64,000 nt of DNA, taken from contig CAWJCS010000002.1 of NCBI GenBank assembly GCA_963841435.1, positions 96,001-160,000 on the forward strand, written 5' to 3'. Under the pieces are notes generated by a model. It was not told the DNA's origin and did not search any database. It saw only the letters and a list, made by a program, of their open reading frames with translations. Numbering within the stretch: the stretch's first letter is position 1; each line of letters starts with the position of its first letter. Positions 31,770-41,505 of this stretch are shown piece after piece. The DNA is from an uncultured delta proteobacterium (GTDB lineage: Bacteria; Myxococcota_A; Polyangia; Polyangiales; Polyangiaceae). A program made the translations under genes and the position numbers.

Positions 31770-33602
31770 CTAGCTCTTCGCGACGGCGACGCCGATGCGC
31801 GCCCGGAGGGCGGCGTGCTCGGTGCTCACGGCGAACAGCACGAGGTCGCCGACCTGCTCGGTCACCTCGCCCGCCGCCAGGTCGGCGAAGCGCTCGATGA
31901 GCCGCGCCGAAAGCTCGAGGTTGCCCGTGGCGAGCAGCCCCGCGCGGCTGCCGGCGCGCGCCACGGCACGCTGGAAGCTCGCGAGCCGTTCGGGGAGCCC
32001 CGGGGTGACGACACGGCGTGCGGCCTCGCACGCCTCCGTGAGCGCTGGTCCGCGCAGGTGTCGCTTGAGGCTGCGCGCGAGGAGCTTGGTGTCGCCGTCG
32101 AGACCGCGCTGTCCGCCCGGCGTGTCGAGCGTCGAGGCCGCTCGCAAGAGGGACGCTAGCTCCTCCGCGGTGAAAAGCGCGACGGCGCGGTGCTCGGGGC
32201 GCAGGAGCACGAGGGTGCGCGACCACAGGAAGACGAGCTCTGGCAGACCGAGACCGCTGCCGAGCACCTTGCTCGCGGTCAAGGTGGGATCCTCGACGGG
32301 TGCGAGCGCGAGCCCGCTGCCGGCGACGCTGTCGAGCACGTGGAAGCGAGGCCGGACGAAGCCGAGCAGTCGCGCCGACCAGGCGAGGGTGCGCGCGAGC
32401 GTCGTCGTGCTCTTCTCGAGGTCCTGTTCCGTCGAGGGATCCAGGGCCGGGCCCCGCCGCTTGCGCCGCGCCGTCTCGACGCCGGCCGCGACCACGGCGT
32501 TGCCGAGCGCCGCGAAGGCGGCATCGAGCTCGTCGTCGCGCTCCTTGCAGAGGAGCTTCTTCTTCCAGTCCTCCTCCGAGAGCACGCCCTGTGCCGCGAG
32601 CAGCCCGTCCGGCCGGTGCGCCGATGCGAGCAGGCTCTCGTCAACGTCCGCCGCACCGAGCACCTCGAGCGCGGCGGCGGTCTGGTACTCGCCCTCCGGG
32701 TCGTTGGCCTTTTCGAACGCCTTGAGCAGCCCGCGTAACGTATCGGCGTCGCGCGGAGACGAGCGCAACGCTTCACGGTACGAAACCGCGGCGCCCTCGT
32801 GCTCGCCGCGCTCGAGTGCCGCGCGCGCCTCGCCGAGCGCACGCTCGCGGTCCTCACCGGTCGGCTTCGGTGGCTCCTGCCACGCCGGCTCGGGCTCAAT
32901 GGGCCCCTCGGCGGGCGGCGGCACGCTCGGAACGCCGCTCTGACCCCTCAGCACGACGAACGGCTCGGCGCCCGCGAAATGCCCGGTCGGCGAAAGCTCC
33001 GCGAACAGACCCTCCTCGGCGCGCATGGCGCCGTAGAGCCCGTCGGCCGAAAGCTCCGTGCTCTTGACGGAATGCCAGTCGAGCACGAGCTCGACGAGGC
33101 TCGTGAACGGAGCGCGCCCCGCGAGCGACGTCTCCGGGCGACAGCTCGCGACGAGGTGCACCGATGCTCCAGGGTCGACGAGCGCAGCGCCCAGCGTTTC
33201 GACGCCGGCCGCAGGGTCTGCCGACGGGTCGAGCGCGATCACGGTGTCGAGCACGGCGAGCCCGCACCGGGCGCGTTCCCCGAGCACGCGCTTGAGCCGC
33301 TTGAGCGAGAAGGTCCCGAGGCGTTCGCCGGCGAGCAGCAGCGCCGGCCCGCGTTCGTCCGTCACCACGGCGTAGCCGAGGAAGTAGAAGAAGAGCTCGT
33401 CGATGGGCTCGGTCGCCTCGGCGAGCACCTGCTCCACGGCTTCAGCGAGTCCTCGCTCGGCGCGGAACACGCGAACCTCGAAGCCGGCGTCTGCTTCGCC
33501 GAGGCGCTGGCCGAGCAGATCGAGATCGAGCTCGCTCGTCGAGAGCTCGCTGACCTGGTCGGAGTCGGAATAGGAAGAAGCGGCGAGGATCGCGATGCGC
33601 AT
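31770..33602 (-). CDS. Hypothetical protein: degenerate caspase-like N-terminal domain, TPR, degenerate M48-like C-terminal domain
   Basis: MRIAILAASSY...DELFFYFLGYA...LAVLDT; TPR GAAVSYREALRSSPRD; ELVFLWSRTLVLLRPEH and SRAGLLATGNLE. Confidence 0.6.
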   Translation of the reverse strand: MRIAILAASSYSDSDQVSELSTSELDLDLLGQRLGEADAGFEVRVFRAERGLAEAVEQVLAEATEPIDELFFYFLGYAVVTDERGPALLLAGERLGTFSLKRLKRVLGERARCGLAVLDTVIALDPSADPAAGVETLGAALVDPGASVHLVASCRPETSLAGRAPFTSLVELVLDWHSVKSTELSADGLYGAMRAEEGLFAELSPTGHFAGAEPFVVLRGQSGVPSVPPPAEGPIEPEPAWQEPPKPTGEDRERALGEARAALERGEHEGAAVSYREALRSSPRDADTLRGLLKAFEKANDPEGEYQTAAALEVLGAADVDESLLASAHRPDGLLAAQGVLSEEDWKKKLLCKERDDELDAAFAALGNAVVAAGVETARRKRRGPALDPSTEQDLEKSTTTLARTLAWSARLLGFVRPRFHVLDSVAGSGLALAPVEDPTLTASKVLGSGLGLPELVFLWSRTLVLLRPEHRAVALFTAEELASLLRAASTLDTPGGQRGLDGDTKLLARSLKRHLRGPALTEACEAARRVVTPGLPERLASFQRAVARAGSRAGLLATGNLELSARLIERFADLAAGEVTEQVGDLVLFAVSTEHAALRARIGVAVAKS

Positions 33603-33938
33603 CGTCGAGGACGGCCGGATAGCACAGCCTCGCACGAAGCCCCGAACTCTGACGCGAAACACCCCAAATTCTCGGGCTTCGCTCGCTTCCTCACTTTGGG
33701 CGCCAGCGCGAGGCGTCGAGGTATGGGGCTCGCCTACATGCCCATTCATGTCGCTACACGCGCCTGCCTTCGCGCTCGCGAAAGTCTTGCGGCGTCATCA
33801 CTGCGCAGGGTGACGGAGGCCCTCGCGGCGCCCGAGCGTGGCAAACGAGCACGGAGAAATTTCTAGTGCGGATAGACCGCGCCGAAGCCTGCGGTATCGG
33901 TTGCAGCTCCTGTTTCCGTACGCCAACATCAAGGTGTG

Positions 33939-35756
33939 ATGGTCCGAACGGGAACGCGTCTGAGCGCGGTGGCGCTCGCCGCCGCGAGCGTGCTCGTGCT
34001 GGGGTGCTCGTCGCTCGACGCGTCAATCACGGGCGGGCCGCCTGGGAGCGGCGCTGGCGCCTCCGGAAGCCCAAGTGGTGGCTCGGGCGGCAAGGCGGGA
34101 AGCTCGTCCATCAACGTCGGTGGCAGCAATCCATCGGGCGGCACGAGCAGCGGTGGCTCGGGTGGCTCGTCGGCGGGAAGCGGCACGGGCGGTTCCGGTG
34201 GCGGCGTCGAGCTGCCACCCGACACCGACAAGATCGATCTCTTGCCGGCCGGCATCCGCCGGCTCACGAACGAGGAGTACCGGACCTCGGTGCGAGCGCT
34301 GCTCGGCGTGGACCTGCCCGCCGGCGTGAGCCTCCCGCCCGACGCGCGCCAATCCGGCTTCACCCGCAACGACGCGCAGCGCGTCGATCCCGTGCTCGCC
34401 AAGCAACTCGACGCCGCCGCGCGCCAGGTCGCGTCCGACGCGCGCGCTCGCTTCGCGGATCTCGCTCCCTGCGACGTGCCGGCGGGCAGCGAAGCCTGCG
34501 CCGCGTCGTTCATTGACGACTTCGGAGCCAAGGCGTACCGCCGGCCCCTCACGAGCGAGGAATCGGCCTCGTTGCTCGCGCTCTATCACGTGGGCGCCGA
34601 CGAGGGCGACTACGGCGATGGTATCGAGGTCGTGATCCGCGGCCTGCTTCAGTCCGCCGGGTTTCTCTATCTCACCGAGCTCGGCGACGGCAGGGCGACC
34701 GACCCGATCATGCTGTCGCCCCGTGAGCTCGCGAGCTCGCTTTCGTACCTCGTCACGGCCCAGCCGCCCGATGACGAGCTCGTCGCCGCGGCAGAATCCG
34801 GTTCACTCGCGACGGCCGAGGGGCGCGCGACCGAGGTTTGGCGCCTGCTCAACACGGGTGCCCCGGCGCGAGCCACGGTGCTGCGCATGCTGAGGGAGTG
34901 GCTGGGTGTCGATCGCATCACGGAAACCGGCAAAGACAGCACCGTTTATCCGGACTTCACGCCCGAGGTTCGCACGGCGATGGACGGGGAGGCCGATGCC
35001 TTCCTCGACGCCGTCACGGCGAGCCTCGGCACGGTCGGCGATCTGCTGGGCGCCGACTGGACGATGGTCGATGCGACGCTCGCGCCCGTTTACGGCGTCG
35101 CCTACCCGGGTGGCGGCGGATTCCAGAAAGTCTCGCTGACCGGCACGCGACGGCGCGGCATCCTCACGCAGGGCGCCTTCCTGTCGGTCTTCGCGCACGC
35201 TTCGGAGAGTGCCCCCGTGCTGCGCGGTGTCGCGGTGCTCGATCGCATCGCGTGCCTGCCGCCTCCCTCGCCGGCGACGCTCGATCGGGCGATTCCACCG
35301 CCGCCGCAACCGAACGACACGGACACGACCCGCGAGCGCTTCGAGAACAGCCACAGCACGGACCCCTTCTGTGCCGGCTGCCACACCACGATCGACGCCG
35401 TTGGCTTCGCCTTCGAGGACTTCGACGGCATGGGCGCCTATCGCACCATGGAAAACAAAAAGACCGTGGACCCGAGCACGGCGATCTCGCTCGACATGGG
35501 CATGGACTTTTCGGGAAGCTACGCCGACAGCGCCGAGCTCGCGGCGGCGCTCGCGGCGAGCCCGTCGGTGCGGGAATGCTTCGCGCGGCACCTGTTCCGC
35601 TCCGCGGCGGCGACGAGCGGCGTCGCCGTCCAGACGAGCGAAGACGCCTACGTGGCGGCCTGGAAGAAGGACCCGCTCGCCGAGCCCGGCAGCATCGTCC
35701 AGGCGATCGTCACCTACGTCACGAGCCCGCTGTTCGCTTACCGGAGGGCCCAATGA
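33939..35756 (+). CDS. DUF1592/DUF1588/DUF1595/DUF1587 family lipoprotein with one CxxCH
   Basis: Lipobox VLGC; RRLTNEEY, FGAKAYRRPL, LQSAGFLY, ELASSLSY, RRGILTQG, PVLRG, TTRERF, CAGCH, GFAFEDFDGMGAYR. Confidence 0.88.
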   Translation: MVRTGTRLSAVALAAASVLVLGCSSLDASITGGPPGSGAGASGSPSGGSGGKAGSSSINVGGSNPSGGTSSGGSGGSSAGSGTGGSGGGVELPPDTDKIDLLPAGIRRLTNEEYRTSVRALLGVDLPAGVSLPPDARQSGFTRNDAQRVDPVLAKQLDAAARQVASDARARFADLAPCDVPAGSEACAASFIDDFGAKAYRRPLTSEESASLLALYHVGADEGDYGDGIEVVIRGLLQSAGFLYLTELGDGRATDPIMLSPRELASSLSYLVTAQPPDDELVAAAESGSLATAEGRATEVWRLLNTGAPARATVLRMLREWLGVDRITETGKDSTVYPDFTPEVRTAMDGEADAFLDAVTASLGTVGDLLGADWTMVDATLAPVYGVAYPGGGGFQKVSLTGTRRRGILTQGAFLSVFAHASESAPVLRGVAVLDRIACLPPPSPATLDRAIPPPPQPNDTDTTRERFENSHSTDPFCAGCHTTIDAVGFAFEDFDGMGAYRTMENKKTVDPSTAISLDMGMDFSGSYADSAELAAALAASPSVRECFARHLFRSAAATSGVAVQTSEDAYVAAWKKDPLAEPGSIVQAIVTYVTSPLFAYRRAQ

Positions 35757-37231
35757 GCGGTCGCTTGTTCGCATCGCGCCGCAGTTTCTTGCGCGCCGTC
35801 GGGGCCGGCTTCGCCGCGCTGCCGTGCTTCCGCTTGCTCGAGAACTCCTACGCGCAGGCCGCAGGCGCGGAGCTGCCCCTGAAGCTCGTCACCATCTACC
35901 ACCCGCACGGCATCGCGGCCGAGTACTGGGCGATGGGGCAGGGCGTATCCGGCAATCGCGGCACGATCCAGACGAGCGAGCCGAGCTTCGACATCGGCTA
36001 CCAGAACTGTTCGCTCCAGCCCTTCGACGACGCGGCGACGTACGGCAAGTCGTTCAAGGACAAGATCATGGTCATCGAGGGGATGGACCTGCTCTCCGCG
36101 GCGAACGGCCACGACACGGCGGGCTGTATCCTCACGGGCAGTCGCGTCAGCGGTAAGCCCTCGAACAGCTCGCTCGACCAGTTCCTCGCGGTCGAGAAGG
36201 GCCTCGGGGCCTCCACGCGGCTCGGAAGCATCGCGCTCGGCGTCGGGGACGACTCGCTCACCGTGGGCACGACGCTCTCGTACGGTCCCGGCGGCCAGGC
36301 GCTCCCCAAGATCATCGATCCCGTGCAGGCGTATCAGCAGCTCTTCAACGGCTTCGCGCCTTCGACGGACCCCGTGGCGCAGGCGGCGGCCGCTCGGCAG
36401 AACGTGCTCGGACACGGCGTCGTCGATTTCTTGCGCGAGGACGTGAACCGGCTGCGCACGCGACTCGCCCCGACCGAGCAAATGAAGCTCGACCAACACC
36501 TCTCGGCCCTCGACGAGCTCGACAAGCAGTTCCAGACCATCGAGTCGACGGGCGCCGTGTGCAACGCGCCGACCGAGCCCAGCGCTTCGCAGTTCCCCAA
36601 GCTCAAGCAGTACAATGGCGGGGAGCCCTATTTCGACGCCATCACGAACGCGCACATCGATCTCCTGGCGCAGGCGCTCGCCTGCGACATCACGCGCTTC
36701 GCGACGCTCGTCATGAACGACCTCTCGTACGACGGCAATCCGCTCGGCTTGCCGGCGGACAACCACGGCAGCGTCGCCCATACCTACGGTGCCTCGCCCG
36801 TGGGCAACGACGGGCACGGCTCGGCCGGGAGCGGCGATCAGAATACGTGGCTCACGCTCGCGAAGTTCAACAAGTACTCATACTCCAAGGTCGCGCGCCT
36901 CATGCAGAAGCTCGACGAGCTCGGTGCGCTCGACAGCACGCTCATCTACGTGAGCTCCGACATGGGCAATCCCGCGCTCCACAGCACGCGCAACGTGCCG
37001 ACGGTGCTCGCCGGCGGCGCCAACGGAAAGTTCACGATGGGACGCCGCGTGCAGCTCTCCGCTGATTGCCCGCCCGGTACGCCCGAGTGGTGCAGCGACA
37101 CGCAGCGCGTCGACAAACCGAACAACCACCTGCTCGTGTCGATCGCCCAGGCCTTCGGTGTCGACATCGACTCGTTCGGGACGCAGCCGACGAGCTCGCT
37201 CACGACCGGCACACTCGGCGAGATCGCCTGA
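35753..37231 (+). CDS. DUF1552 family protein, Tat-exported
   Basis: Twin-arginine SRRSFLR, PHG, SLDQFLA, KLDQHL, ALACDITR, LDSTLIY.SSDMG...H....P..LAGG; ATGA overlap with the DUF1592 gene. Confidence 0.88.
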   Translation: MSGRLFASRRSFLRAVGAGFAALPCFRLLENSYAQAAGAELPLKLVTIYHPHGIAAEYWAMGQGVSGNRGTIQTSEPSFDIGYQNCSLQPFDDAATYGKSFKDKIMVIEGMDLLSAANGHDTAGCILTGSRVSGKPSNSSLDQFLAVEKGLGASTRLGSIALGVGDDSLTVGTTLSYGPGGQALPKIIDPVQAYQQLFNGFAPSTDPVAQAAAARQNVLGHGVVDFLREDVNRLRTRLAPTEQMKLDQHLSALDELDKQFQTIESTGAVCNAPTEPSASQFPKLKQYNGGEPYFDAITNAHIDLLAQALACDITRFATLVMNDLSYDGNPLGLPADNHGSVAHTYGASPVGNDGHGSAGSGDQNTWLTLAKFNKYSYSKVARLMQKLDELGALDSTLIYVSSDMGNPALHSTRNVPTVLAGGANGKFTMGRRVQLSADCPPGTPEWCSDTQRVDKPNNHLLVSIAQAFGVDIDSFGTQPTSSLTTGTLGEIA

Positions 37232-37331
37232 GCGGCGCGCCGGTGAGCGCGCCCAACCTGGGCCTGTTTCGCGCTCGGCCACGGCCTTCCGGGAGCCGCC
37301 GGGTCCGTGCTATGTTGAAAGGGTGGTTAGG

Positions 37332-37994
37332 GTGGTGTCGTCGATCGTGGCCCTATTGGTGAGTGTCGCGCTCGCGCCGGCCGCGAGCGCCGAGGAGCGC
37401 GTGCCGTGCGGCGACGGTTCCGACGCACGGAGCGAGGGTGGCGCTGTCGGGCCGAGCGCCGCATTCTCTGCACAGGATGTCGCGGTGAGCTCCGCCGGGC
37501 CGACCTCCGCGGCACCGAACGCGGACGGGCCGTCGAGCACGGCACCGAGTGCGGACGGGCCGTCGAGCACGGTCGCGCCTGCGCGAGACGTGGCGGCCGC
37601 CGCCACGGAGCCGGGGTCTGCCACCGCACTGGCCCGCACGGCCGCGCCCGCTCTGGCCGGGGTCGCCCGCGACCCACTCGCCGACGAGCGCGCTTTCAGC
37701 CGCGAAATACAGCGCTTCGCCCGCCTCTGGGCCTTCACGAAGCGGCTCGTCAGCGCCCGCGAGGCGCGCGCCTTCGAGGAGGCCGAAGAGCGTTACCAGA
37801 AACTTTCCGCGCTCACGCGCGAGCTTGCCGACAAGGAAGCCCAGGCGTCCGAGCGCGAGTTCGAGGGCGCCGTGACGCTCTACCTTCGCAAGCGCGAGCT
37901 CACGCGCGAGCTCACGCTCGCGCAGGCGCGAGGCGCGGCCGCTGCCCCTGCCGCGTCCGAGATCGCCCCATCCCGGCCAGCCCCCACGCGCTGA
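37332..37994 (+). CDS. Hypothetical secreted protein (low complexity + coiled coil)
   Basis: Signal-like VSSIVALLVSVALAPAASA; 30-nt tandem repeat (ADGPSST x2) at ~37521-37572; helical C-terminus. Start uncertain. Confidence 0.55.
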   Translation: MVSSIVALLVSVALAPAASAEERVPCGDGSDARSEGGAVGPSAAFSAQDVAVSSAGPTSAAPNADGPSSTAPSADGPSSTVAPARDVAAAATEPGSATALARTAAPALAGVARDPLADERAFSREIQRFARLWAFTKRLVSAREARAFEEAEERYQKLSALTRELADKEAQASEREFEGAVTLYLRKRELTRELTLAQARGAAAAPAASEIAPSRPAPTR

Positions 37995-38088
37995 GGAGTC
38001 GCTTCGCGGCCCCAACGGCCGCCAGCCGAGTCGATCGTCCGCGAGATCTCTGTTGCGCCCGGGCGCCCGCACCGGTGAGAGATCGGAC

Positions 38089-38610
38089 ATGACCCCCGAA
38101 ACCCTGCGCGCGCTGCAGAGCCCACTCAAGCGAAAGTACCGCGACGATCCGAGCGCCGCCAAGGTCACGCTGTGCGCATCGGGGCGGCTCGGCGAGGACG
38201 TAACGTTCGTGGTCGATACCCTCGGCGGCACGCTCGTTTCGGGCCTGCATCCCGCGGCGGGCGGCGACGGGTTGACGGCGTGCTCCGGAGACCTCCTGCT
38301 CCAGGCGCTGGTCGCCTGCTCGGGCGTCACGCTCGCGGCCGTCGCGACGGCAATGGGCATCAAGCTGCGCGGTGTGCGAGTGGTCGCCGAGGGGGACCTC
38401 GACTTTCGAGGGACGCTGGGCGTCTCGAAGGAGGTGGAGGTCGGCTTCGAGCGGGTGCGTCTGGTGTTCGAGCTCGACACGGATGCGGCCGACGCGGAGC
38501 TCGACACGCTCTTGAAGCTGACCGAACGGTATTGCGTGGTTCTGAAGACGCTGACGCGAGCGCTCGAGGTGACCGCGCGCCGTGCGCCCTTTTTGGGAGG
38601 TGCGTCGTGA
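38089..38610 (+). CDS. OsmC family protein
   Basis: LRALQSPLKRKY, GLHPAAGG, CSGDLLLQALVACSGVT, EGDLDFRGTLG, LTERYCVV. Confidence 0.88.
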   Translation: MTPETLRALQSPLKRKYRDDPSAAKVTLCASGRLGEDVTFVVDTLGGTLVSGLHPAAGGDGLTACSGDLLLQALVACSGVTLAAVATAMGIKLRGVRVVAEGDLDFRGTLGVSKEVEVGFERVRLVFELDTDAADAELDTLLKLTERYCVVLKTLTRALEVTARRAPFLGGAS

Positions 38611-39605
38611 CCCACGTGCCCGATTCGAAACGCTACGACCGCATGCGCTATCAACGCACCGGCAGGAGCGGTCTCAAGCTGCCCCGCATCTCGCTCGGGC
38701 TCTGGCACAATTTCGGGGGAGTCGACGCGCCCGAGGACGGGCGCCGCATGCTCTTGCGCGCCTTCGATCTCGGCATCACGCACTTCGACCTCGCCAACAA
38801 CTACGGCCCACCGCCGGGCTCCGCCGAGGAAGCGTTCGGGCGCGTGCTTTCGCGCGATCTCCGACCCTACCGTGACGAGATCGTGATCTCGAGCAAGGCC
38901 GGCTACTGGATGTGGCCCGGACCCTACGGTGACTTTGGCTCCAGGAAGTATCTGATCGCGAGCCTCGATCAGAGCCTTTTACGGATGAAGCTCGACTACG
39001 TCAACATCTTCTACCATCACCGCCCCGATCCGGAGACGCCGCTCGAAGAAACCCTGGGCGCGCTCGATCACATCGTGCGGAGCGGCAAGGCGCTCCATGC
39101 GGGCGTCTCGAACTACTCGGCGGAGCTGACGCGTCGCGCCGCGGGCATCATGCGTGACCTCGGGACTCCCTTGCTGGTTCATCAGCCGAGCTACAGCATG
39201 CTGAACCGCGGAGCCGAGGGCGCGCTCTTCGGCGCGCTCGAGGACGAAGGCATCGGGTGTATCGTGTTCTCGCCCCTCGCCCAGGGCCTGCTCACGAACA
39301 AGTACCTTGCTGGAATCCCCGAGGATTCGCGCGCCAAGAAGCCCCACGGCTTTCTCAAGCCCGAGCAAGTGACCTCCGAGGTCGTCGGTAAGGTACGAAA
39401 GCTCCAGGAGCTCGCCGAACGGCGCGGGCAGACGCTCGCACAGCTGGCGCTCGCGTGGGTCCTCCGCCACCCGGTCATGACGTTGGCGCTGATCGGCGCG
39501 AGCAAGGTGAGTCAGATCGAGGATGCCGTGGGGGCCCTGGAGCGGCTCGACTTCGGCGTCGACGAGCTCGCCGCGATCGAGCGCATCCTGGGCGGGCTGG
39601 CCTGA
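38607..39605 (+). CDS. Aldo/keto reductase, L-glyceraldehyde-3-phosphate reductase (YghZ/MgrA) type
   Basis: GRSGLKLPRISLGLWHNFG, FDLANNYGPPPGSAE, SKAGYWMWPGPYG, FSPLAQGLLT. Confidence 0.93.
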   Translation: MTHVPDSKRYDRMRYQRTGRSGLKLPRISLGLWHNFGGVDAPEDGRRMLLRAFDLGITHFDLANNYGPPPGSAEEAFGRVLSRDLRPYRDEIVISSKAGYWMWPGPYGDFGSRKYLIASLDQSLLRMKLDYVNIFYHHRPDPETPLEETLGALDHIVRSGKALHAGVSNYSAELTRRAAGIMRDLGTPLLVHQPSYSMLNRGAEGALFGALEDEGIGCIVFSPLAQGLLTNKYLAGIPEDSRAKKPHGFLKPEQVTSEVVGKVRKLQELAERRGQTLAQLALAWVLRHPVMTLALIGASKVSQIEDAVGALERLDFGVDELAAIERILGGLA

Positions 39606-39608
39606 CGG

Positions 39609-39624
39609 GGCGGGCTCGCCCGCC
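39609..39624. terminator. GC hairpin between convergent genes
   Basis: GGCGGG-ctcg-CCCGCC filling the 21-nt gap between the AKR and ACBP stops. Confidence 0.4.
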
Positions 39625-39626
39625 GG

Positions 39627-39893
39627 CTACACGCCGTACTTTCCGACCAGCCGCTCGACGACCGCCACGTAGCTTTCCATGGCCCGCTCGCGGGTCGTCC
39701 CGCGCCGCGCCGACCAGGCGTCGTATTTCGCGCGGCCCTTGAAGTCGAGCATGCCGGGGCGCGTGCCGCGCACATCGCCCTCGGTTGCTTGTTTGTAAAG
39801 AGAGTAGAGCTCGAGTAGCTCGTCGCTCGCCGGTGTTTGCTTGAGGGTCTTCACGCGGGCTTGGGCGGTCGAAAATTCGTCCTCGAGTGGCAT
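39627..39893 (-). CDS. Acyl-CoA-binding protein
   Basis: LELYSLYKQATEGD...PGMLDFKGRAKYDAW...AMESYV; 88 aa. Confidence 0.93.
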   Translation of the reverse strand: MPLEDEFSTAQARVKTLKQTPASDELLELYSLYKQATEGDVRGTRPGMLDFKGRAKYDAWSARRGTTRERAMESYVAVVERLVGKYGV

Positions 39894-39942
39894 CGGGGGT
39901 GTCCTTGCGGGGTGGTAGTGCTCGGCGCTAGCATAGAGCGTT

Positions 39943-41484
39943 GTGTCGGAGTCCGTCGCGCCCGAAGGCGCCCCGTCGGGGCGCCGCCTGCGGGTCGCGC
40001 TCTTGGCCTCGTATCTGAGCGACGAGTACGAGTGGTCGATCGTCAAGGGCGCCCGCGATGTCGTCGAAGCGAGCGGTGGCAGCCTGTTGTGCTTTGCCGG
40101 TGGGGCGCTCGCTGACCCCGATCCGGAGCGGCGCGCTCGCAACTTCGTGCTCGAAGCCCTGAATCCAGAGCTCGTGGACGGGATCCTCAGTATCTCGAGC
40201 TGCGTGGACCAGTACCTCGGTCAGATTGAAGGCGCCGCCTGGCTCGGGCGGTTCGGCCTCCCCGTCGTGAGCGTCGGTGAGCTTCCCGGCGTGACCAGCG
40301 TGGGCATCCAGGACTCCGAGGGCATCACGCAGCTCATGGACCACCTCGTGGCCCACCACGGCCACCGCCGCATCGCTTTCATCGCGGGGACGGGCACGAA
40401 CGCCGAGGCGCTCGAGCGGCGCGAGGCGTATCTCGCCGCGCTCGAGCACCACGGCATCCCGCTCGACGAGCGGCTGCTCCTGTCCGGCGATTTCACGCGT
40501 GAGAGCGGCGCGCGGGCCGTGTTCGAGCTGTTCGACGCACGTCAGGTGCCGGTGGAACAGCTCGACGCAATCGTCGCATCCAACGATTATATGGCGTTCG
40601 GTGCCATCGACGAGCTGTCACGCCGGCGCATTGCCGTGCCCGATCAAGTCGCGGTGGTCGGCTTCGACGACATGGAGCTTGCTCGCATCTTCGACCCGCC
40701 GCTCACGACCGTGCGGCAGCCGCTCGCGCAGCTCGGGCGGGAGGCCGCGCGGCGGCTGCTCGCCGTGCTCGGGGGGGCCGAGCCCGAGCCCTCGGTGACG
40801 CTGGAGACGGAGCTCTTCCTGCGTCGCTCTTGCGGCTGCGTGCCGACCGACATCCCACCGCCGCCCGACGCCCCGTTCGGGGGCGATCGCGCGACCGCCG
40901 AGATGTTGAGCGGATTGATGGCCGAGGTGCGCGGCGAGCAGGGTGCCTTCGCGCGCGCGCTCGACCCGCTGCTCCGGCGTTTGGCGCAGGGCAACGCGCG
41001 CCAGCTCGAGCAGAATCGTCGCCTCGCCGACGAGCTTGCCACGCGCCTGCGCGTCGCGAGCGAGGACCTCGTACACGACCGGCTCCACCGCCTCGCGCGC
41101 GCTCTCGAGCTTCGCATGTTCGGGCCGCAGGCTCAGCTTTCGCACGTGCTCGCCGAGCGCATGCCGGAGCTCGGCATCGAGGGCTGCGTCGTTTCGGAGC
41201 TCACGGGGGCGGAAGGGGAGCTGAAAGTTGCATTCGGCTTCGATGCGCACACGCACCAGCCTCAAATGGTGCCGTTCTTGCGCGAGCGCCTCGTGCCCGA
41301 GGCGCTCGACGGGCTACTCGAAAAGTCGGCCTTCGTGCTCGCGTTGAAATACGGCGAAGAACCCCTCGGCGTCGCCGTCCTGTGTTCGAGCGACCGCAAC
41401 GGCACCTCGTACGAGACCCTCGCCGAAGTGTTCGGCATCGTGCTCAAGGCGTTGCAGGTGCGGCGTCGCGCCGAGGTGCGCTGA
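39943..41484 (+). CDS. LacI-type sugar-binding (Peripla_BP_3) sensor protein without HTH
   Basis: HGHRRIAFIAG, ASNDYMAFGA, VPDQVAVVGFDD, PPLTTVRQP, LRRSCGC; no N-terminal HTH. Confidence 0.85.
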   Translation: MSESVAPEGAPSGRRLRVALLASYLSDEYEWSIVKGARDVVEASGGSLLCFAGGALADPDPERRARNFVLEALNPELVDGILSISSCVDQYLGQIEGAAWLGRFGLPVVSVGELPGVTSVGIQDSEGITQLMDHLVAHHGHRRIAFIAGTGTNAEALERREAYLAALEHHGIPLDERLLLSGDFTRESGARAVFELFDARQVPVEQLDAIVASNDYMAFGAIDELSRRRIAVPDQVAVVGFDDMELARIFDPPLTTVRQPLAQLGREAARRLLAVLGGAEPEPSVTLETELFLRRSCGCVPTDIPPPPDAPFGGDRATAEMLSGLMAEVRGEQGAFARALDPLLRRLAQGNARQLEQNRRLADELATRLRVASEDLVHDRLHRLARALELRMFGPQAQLSHVLAERMPELGIEGCVVSELTGAEGELKVAFGFDAHTHQPQMVPFLRERLVPEALDGLLEKSAFVLALKYGEEPLGVAVLCSSDRNGTSYETLAEVFGIVLKALQVRRRAEVR

Positions 41485-41505
41485 CGGTCGCGGCTGGCGC
41501 GCGGG

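Noticed and set aside
37521-37572. Short tandem repeats (30-nt here; 9-nt at the hemA 3' end ~24061-24099; 18-nt at ~25736-25780)
   Set aside because: In-frame low-complexity linker expansions with no sign of a regulatory role.
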